Sequence record: SRR31156797_8894
Reading direction: 5' to 3' (one strand)
Length of the DNA: 34,835 bases
In this document: piece by piece, positions 30,252 to 34,835 of the stretch
How positions within the stretch are numbered: position 1 is the first letter of the stretch
Layout of the letters: the number at the start of each line of letters is the position of its first letter
Made by a program: the position numbers and the translations under genes
The notes under the pieces: generated by a model
Told to the model about the DNA's origin: nothing
Database searches by the model: none
Seen by the model: only the letters and a program-made list of their open reading frames with translations

Positions 30252-30366
30252 GCGTATCCTTCGAATTCACTGATAAATATTCAATTCCTCCCATAGTAGG
30301 CCCAACCCGCATCCATGACAAGGATAAATGGACCGCAAGGGGGTGATTTTACGGAAAAGACTGATT

Positions 30367-31140
30367 TTATGGGGTATCGAATCGGCGAAGTTTTACGGTG
30401 GGGTGGTTTGCCACATGCGAAAGGCAGGTGTCGAGAAAGTCCATGGCCGCCTGATTCATGCGTTGATGATGGAGCATGACCCCGACACGTCCTGTCTGGA
30501 TGGCTTTCTCGAATTCTTTGGTAAGCGCGTCCCATCCTTGGGCTGGATCAGCTTCGTTTCGGGTGTGCAGGTCAACGTTGATGGGGATGTCCGGTAAGGT
30601 ATCGGGAAGTGGAACTTTGCGTTGCTCTCCGGCAGAACGGGAGACGCAGGCGTAGCTGAGTTCGATCAGAGCCTCGCCTGTTTGTGCGTCGAATCGATTC
30701 CACGGTGGAGTGAATGCCGGGTAGAAGGATTCCCCCATGATCGAGTTTAACCGGTCGCGTCCCCTTTTCAGGGCCTGTTTCTTTTTGGAGGCAGGACGCT
30801 GATCGCCGAATTCCGAGTTCTTGCCCGAGGTTTGGTGGCTGCGATGCTGCCAGCCGTGTTGATGCCAACAGAAGACCGGGCTGTTTCCGGCCCAATGTAT
30901 GAGGATATCCCAACGGGCCTGCGTGAGCCATGCCGGAGTGACGGCCATGTGGAGGGGGATGTTATACTTAACGAACAGGTCCATCATTTGATGGCAGTTG
31001 TTACTGGGAACGGCTACGTCATCGGCACGAAAGAATATTTCCGTTCCGGCCGGGGCTGTGTCGAGCAAATGGCCTATTCTTTGTATTCCGTCCGTAGACG
31101 GGGTGAGCCATAGCGATGAGATATGTGTTTTGACGATCAT
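30367..31140 (-). CDS. Polysaccharide deacetylase (CE4/NodB-like) family protein
   Basis: FFRADD, HQHGWQH, FTPPWN and VMLHH motifs of the CE4 fold; no signal peptide. Confidence 0.82.
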   Translation of the reverse strand: MIVKTHISSLWLTPSTDGIQRIGHLLDTAPAGTEIFFRADDVAVPSNNCHQMMDLFVKYNIPLHMAVTPAWLTQARWDILIHWAGNSPVFCWHQHGWQHRSHQTSGKNSEFGDQRPASKKKQALKRGRDRLNSIMGESFYPAFTPPWNRFDAQTGEALIELSYACVSRSAGEQRKVPLPDTLPDIPINVDLHTRNEADPAQGWDALTKEFEKAIQTGRVGVMLHHQRMNQAAMDFLDTCLSHVANHPTVKLRRFDTP

Positions 31141-31146
31141 GAGGGA

Positions 31147-32706
31147 TCAGGACTCCACGCCTTTGATGACCACCAGTGTGAGGTCGTCCTCGCGAAAGTC
31201 CGACCCGGAGAATTCAAGTACCGCGTCACAGAGTTCTTTCATGATGGTTTGTGCGTCTTTGTCATTGTTTTTTCGAATGATTTCACGGATGCGGTCGCCG
31301 CCGAACATTTCTCCGGCGGGGCTGTGCGCTTCCCATATGCCGTCAGTACAAATGAAAATGATTTCACCTGGCCCAGGCAGGTTCATGGTTTTTTCGTGGA
31401 ATTCCCACTCTGATTCGACTCCCAGAGGGATGTCTGCGCCTCTCAGTTCCGTGAACGTGTCGGTTGCCGGGGCATAAACCAAGGGTTGTTGATGACCTGC
31501 GTTGACCCACGTTGCGGTTTGTAATGTCGGGTCCATGACCATAAAAAATAAGGTCATGAATCGGCCTGTTTCACCGATGTCATGCGTTAAATGTTTGTTG
31601 GCCCGCGCGATGTTTTCCGTGGCCGATCCTGGCGTTGCTGCATTCTGTCGGATCACGGCCCGCCCTGCTGTCATGAGCAGGGCTGCGCCGATACCATGAC
31701 CGGATACGTCGCCTACGGCAACAGCCAACTGTCCGCATGAATCCAGATCGCATTGGATGAAATCGTAAAAATCACCGCCGGTTTCGTCCGAGAAAAGACT
31801 GACACCCGCGATATCCAGTCCCGGAAAATTGGGTTGCTCGGACGGCAGGAAATGTTGCTGGACCTCCTTGGCGATGAGGAGTCCTTCGCGCATACGGACA
31901 CCTTCACGCAGTGCGCCGATCATGGCGTTTGTATGCCCGGCGATAACGCCGAGTTCATCCGAAGTGGTCACGGGGACGCGGCGGGTCAGATCGCCTTGTG
32001 CTATGTTTTCAAGGACCATGGTTTCCGTGTTGAACAACAGCCGAAGGTTTTTGGTATAGGAAAAGATCAGGTTGACCACCATGATGAGCAGAAAGGCCAT
32101 GATGAAGATTATTTCAAGCAGGACCGAGCGGTTTAAAAAGCCCACGGCTGACATGGTGAGTTCCTGATTCGCCAGCCATTGCACGTCACGGATGATAACC
32201 AACAGAAGAATGGAAGTGATTAAACAAATGGTCAGGGTGGCCACAAAGGAAAATTTGCGTGTCATGGGTTTCAGTTTATGCGGAGGATCATAGTTGGCTT
32301 GACCCGCTAATGCGGTGTTGATGACAGTACGCTCTCGCTCAAGAGCGAGGTCCAGCCCAGCGAAGAAGCCGATGGTGAAAATCCCTAGCGCCAGTTTAAG
32401 ACCACTTTGCAGGATGGGAAAGCGGTAGCCGAATTGCAGGATAAGGGCGGCCACCAGCCCCGCGCAAAGGAACAGGAGTAGGTCCAACCGAAATTGGAGA
32501 AAGGCCTGCCGGATTTGCGGGGCGGTTTCGATCATCCTTTTTTGGATGATTTCGCGGACAAGATAGGCTGTTGCCATGGGGACAAGAATGACCAAACCAA
32601 GCTCCCAGACCGGGAGCCGTATCATGAAAGGTCAGACCCGGCCGCCATATATGGCCCCGCCAAGCACGGCGAGCAGGTAATAGGCCAAAGGCCGGATGGC
32701 GGACAT
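31147..32706 (-). CDS. Membrane-bound HAMP + PP2C/SpoIIE (RsbU-like) phosphatase; candidate selenoprotein (Sec25, TGA at 32634-32632), 519 aa with read-through
   Basis: Intact PP2C motifs (GGDFYD, GDVSGHG, NAGH, TDGIWEA, DDLT) and HAMP domain. The frame continues upstream of ATG 32625 through TGA to ATG 32706 (MSAIRPLAYYLLAVLGGAIYGGRV-U-PF), which has an AAGGGA RBS. A SECIS-like hairpin follows the TGA. Confidence 0.85.
32589..32634 (-). promoter_or_regulatory. Putative bacterial SECIS element
   Basis: mRNA UGACCUUUCAUGAUACG-GCUCCC-GGUCU-GGGAGC-UUGGUUUGGUCA: 6-bp GC stem with a G-first GGUCU loop 20 nt after UGA; UGACC/GGUCA can form a lower stem. Confidence 0.75.
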
Positions 32707-32842
32707 TGTCTTTCCCTTCTGCATTCAAACCGGTCCTTTTTTGTCTTCTATCCCTTTGCCAAGAGGCACGATCTTGTTTAATCATAAGTCAGTGTCCACC
32801 TCGTGGACAAGTCTTAATTCTGAAAAAGGCAGCGTCAAACCG

Positions 32843-33460
32843 ATGAAAAAAAAGTGCATGATTATTTGGGCAGCAATGATTTGCTCCGTACTGTTCTTTG
32901 GAACACCGGCTGTGGCCGGAGATGATTTCCCTACATCCCTTGCGGGGTTTTCTTTGGGGGATAATGTAAAAAAATATGCTGACTATTGCCACTTGGAGAA
33001 GGCTGTTCCCGGTTCTGACGCACCGTTTTTGAGTGAAGCCGTCATTAAGTCCGATGTCCTTCCGGGTGTTCGGGGGGGGAGCCTGATCTTTGGTAATTGC
33101 GACCACAAAGATGAACTTGTCGGTATCAAGTTGAAATTTCATGACCGCGGTAAAGGACTTTTTGACAAGTTGTACAAACAGTATGAGAAGAAATTTGGTG
33201 AGCCTGACAACTATGTGGGTGATGCTTTTAAGAATGTCATCGCATGGCAGTGGGTGTTCAAGAATGACAGCAAGGAAGAAGTCGCTCTGGTGCTTATGTG
33301 GAGTCGTAGCCAGCAGATGCGCCCCGGCGTTTCGATCAAGCTGACGCACAAAACTCGCGTGAAGCAGGAGTTGGATTGCTATTTGGCGATGGATAACGAC
33401 AAGAGTATGAACGGAAAGAAAAGCCGTATCAAGTCTCTCGATCAATACATCCCTCACTAG
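32843..33460 (+). CDS. Secreted/periplasmic protein of unknown function
   Basis: Start reassigned to MKKKCMIIWAAMICSVLFFGTPAVA/G (classical signal peptide); soluble mature part with three Cys; 2 nt from the next gene. Confidence 0.75.
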   Translation: MKKKCMIIWAAMICSVLFFGTPAVAGDDFPTSLAGFSLGDNVKKYADYCHLEKAVPGSDAPFLSEAVIKSDVLPGVRGGSLIFGNCDHKDELVGIKLKFHDRGKGLFDKLYKQYEKKFGEPDNYVGDAFKNVIAWQWVFKNDSKEEVALVLMWSRSQQMRPGVSIKLTHKTRVKQELDCYLAMDNDKSMNGKKSRIKSLDQYIPH

Positions 33461-33462
33461 GC

Positions 33463-34380
33463 ATGGCTGAATATCTTTGGAATGGTCTGGGTGTCGTCGC
33501 GCCTGACGAATGGGAACCTGCCGCCATCGAGCGGGACGGGTTGACTCTTGCCGAGGGTGGGCAGCCAGTATGCGAACTTAAGTGGAACCGCATTCGCGGT
33601 TCCTTTTCTTTTGAAAAACATATCAAGAAGCTCACCAAAGGCCACAAAGGAGCGGCCATAAGCGGTGTGGCCGATGAGGAAACTCCTCCAGCTTGGAATG
33701 ACGCCCTGAAAATATTAGCTGAATCCGGTCTCCGTTCTCAGAGCTTTATTTGGCAGGCTTCCGGTGTACGAGGCATTGGCGCAACCTTGCATAATCCCGG
33801 TACCGGACTGGCCGCGCTGGTGCAGTTTTTTATCCGTGCCGAGTCCGATGAAGATCGGGCCGCCAAGGTGTTGGCTTCACTTCGTGATTATTCGAGCGGC
33901 AAAAGTCTGCCATGGACCATGTTTGGCGTCACAGCACGAGTTCCGGCAGAGTTCATTCTCGACACATTTTCGTTTCAGCCTGGGCATTATCGTGTTCAAT
34001 ATTGGCGGCCAAAATCCGGTAAAATGTCAGAGCGTGTTCCGCCGGGGAAAGGGCCGGGAACCCAGCTTACGTTTGAACGATTTGCACCGGCTTCGGTTCT
34101 GCTGCGACACACCGGTCTGGCTGAATGGATAGCCGAGACCGTAAAAGAAACACCTGAAGTCGAGGCTTTTGCCGGTCAATCGTCGAGAGTCGCGTGGAAC
34201 AGTGCCCTCAAGACATCGTTACTTCGCAAGACATTACGGCGTGAGGTATATTCTCAAGGGCGGGCTTGGACGACTGAAACAGGGAACGCCATCCTTTCTG
34301 TGTGTGCGTCGGGGACAGTCCCTGCACCTGAAATTTTGTTTGCCGATATTTGTGGGAGTTACGCTCTTGTTCAAGAATAA
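33463..34380 (+). CDS. Hypothetical cytoplasmic protein with a probable internal two-fold repeat
   Basis: 305-aa ORF tightly coupled to both neighbours; 'WNGLGVVAPDEW' and 'MFGVTARVPAEF' open two similar halves. Confidence 0.7.
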   Translation: MAEYLWNGLGVVAPDEWEPAAIERDGLTLAEGGQPVCELKWNRIRGSFSFEKHIKKLTKGHKGAAISGVADEETPPAWNDALKILAESGLRSQSFIWQASGVRGIGATLHNPGTGLAALVQFFIRAESDEDRAAKVLASLRDYSSGKSLPWTMFGVTARVPAEFILDTFSFQPGHYRVQYWRPKSGKMSERVPPGKGPGTQLTFERFAPASVLLRHTGLAEWIAETVKETPEVEAFAGQSSRVAWNSALKTSLLRKTLRREVYSQGRAWTTETGNAILSVCASGTVPAPEILFADICGSYALVQE

Positions 34381-34744
34381 ATCGACAGAGCCTGTCATTT
34401 CGCGCGCCGAGGCCCTGAATATGGTCCCGGTGAAGAATAGGGCCGTGGAAGAGACTGCTTTGCCTGATGGTTTGGTGCGGTTGGCATATCCCTTGGCGAT
34501 AAAACCGTGGTTTGGACGGTTGGCTGAAAAGGTCGGTATGTGGGACAAGAAACCCATGATCAAACAGGTTGAACTCGATGAACTGGGAGCGTTTGTTTGG
34601 GAACGAATCGATGGCGAACGTTCTGTTCAACAGATTGCCGCAGAGTTGGCATCATTTTATGAAGTGCAACCACGCGAGGCCGAGTTGAGTGTGACTGCGT
34701 TTATTAAAACGATTGGTCAACGAGGGATTATTGGGTTGAAATAG
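34367..34744 (+). CDS. PqqD-family / RiPP recognition element (RRE) winged-helix protein
   Basis: ELDELGAFVWERIDGERSVQQIAAEL…AELSVTAFIKTIGQRGII is the PqqD pattern; TTG start at 34367 behind GGGAG, overlapping the previous stop. Confidence 0.85.
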   Translation: MFKNKSTEPVISRAEALNMVPVKNRAVEETALPDGLVRLAYPLAIKPWFGRLAEKVGMWDKKPMIKQVELDELGAFVWERIDGERSVQQIAAELASFYEVQPREAELSVTAFIKTIGQRGIIGLK

Positions 34745-34761
34745 TTTTTTTTGGACGTCTC

Positions 34762-34798
34762 CCAATCAGCCTTTGGCTGATTGGTCATCTCTTTTTTT
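34762..34798 (+). terminator. Terminator-like hairpin after the PqqD gene
   Basis: CCAATCAGCC-ttt-GGCTGATTGG followed by a pyrimidine/T-rich run. Confidence 0.6.
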
Positions 34799-34835
34799 AT
34801 AGAATGCGTTGCGTGCATCCGCAGTGAAAATGCAA

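Noticed and set aside
32632-32634. TGA read as a pseudogenising nonsense mutation
   Set aside because: Disfavoured, not excluded: all PP2C motifs are intact and a correctly spaced SECIS-like hairpin follows. Homolog alignment is needed to settle it.
32764-32778. Sigma54-like promoter AGGCACGATCTTGTT
   Set aside because: Lacks the invariant GC at -12 with correct GG-N10-GC spacing
32696-32842. N-terminal extension of the secreted protein
   Set aside because: Would bury the signal peptide and overlap the divergent phosphatase start
34169-34366. N-terminal extension of the PqqD ORF
   Set aside because: Overlaps the upstream CDS; TTG 34367 has a GGGAG RBS
1-34835. CRISPR arrays, IS/transposase, integrase, tRNA or rRNA genes
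   Set aside because: No regularly spaced repeats, mobile-element ORFs or tRNA/rRNA signatures were seen on manual reading

Overview
Bacterial chromosomal window, most likely from a sulfate-reducing Desulfovibrionaceae member (inferred from gene content and the glmU-zapB-zapA-6S RNA-rny-ymdB-tyrS gene order). The left two-thirds is mostly housekeeping and signalling: dapF, an RNase Z-like MBL hydrolase, two tandem pseudo-receiver/TPR proteins, argS plus a SPOR protein, a YhhQ-type queuosine-precursor transporter, an autotransporter, tyrS, ymdB, an orphan cheR, rny, 6S RNA, zapA, zapB (missed by the ORF track) and glmU. The right third (19.7-34.7 kb) is a divergent, uncharacterised envelope/peptide-handling locus. 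Its minus arm encodes two ~660-aa OPT-like polytopic membrane proteins, a 1625-aa degenerate M28-peptidase/PA/MacB-FtsX fusion, a LolD/MacB-type ATPase, a minimal FtsX permease, a polysaccharide deacetylase and a membrane HAMP-PP2C (SpoIIE-type) phosphatase. Its plus arm encodes a secreted protein, a hypothetical protein and a stand-alone PqqD/RRE protein. The top finding is that the PP2C gene extends 27 codons upstream of the ORF-track start through an in-frame TGA (…YGGRV-U-PF…), followed by a hairpin resembling a bacterial SECIS. This makes it a candidate selenocysteine-containing membrane signalling phosphatase at the head of the transport locus.
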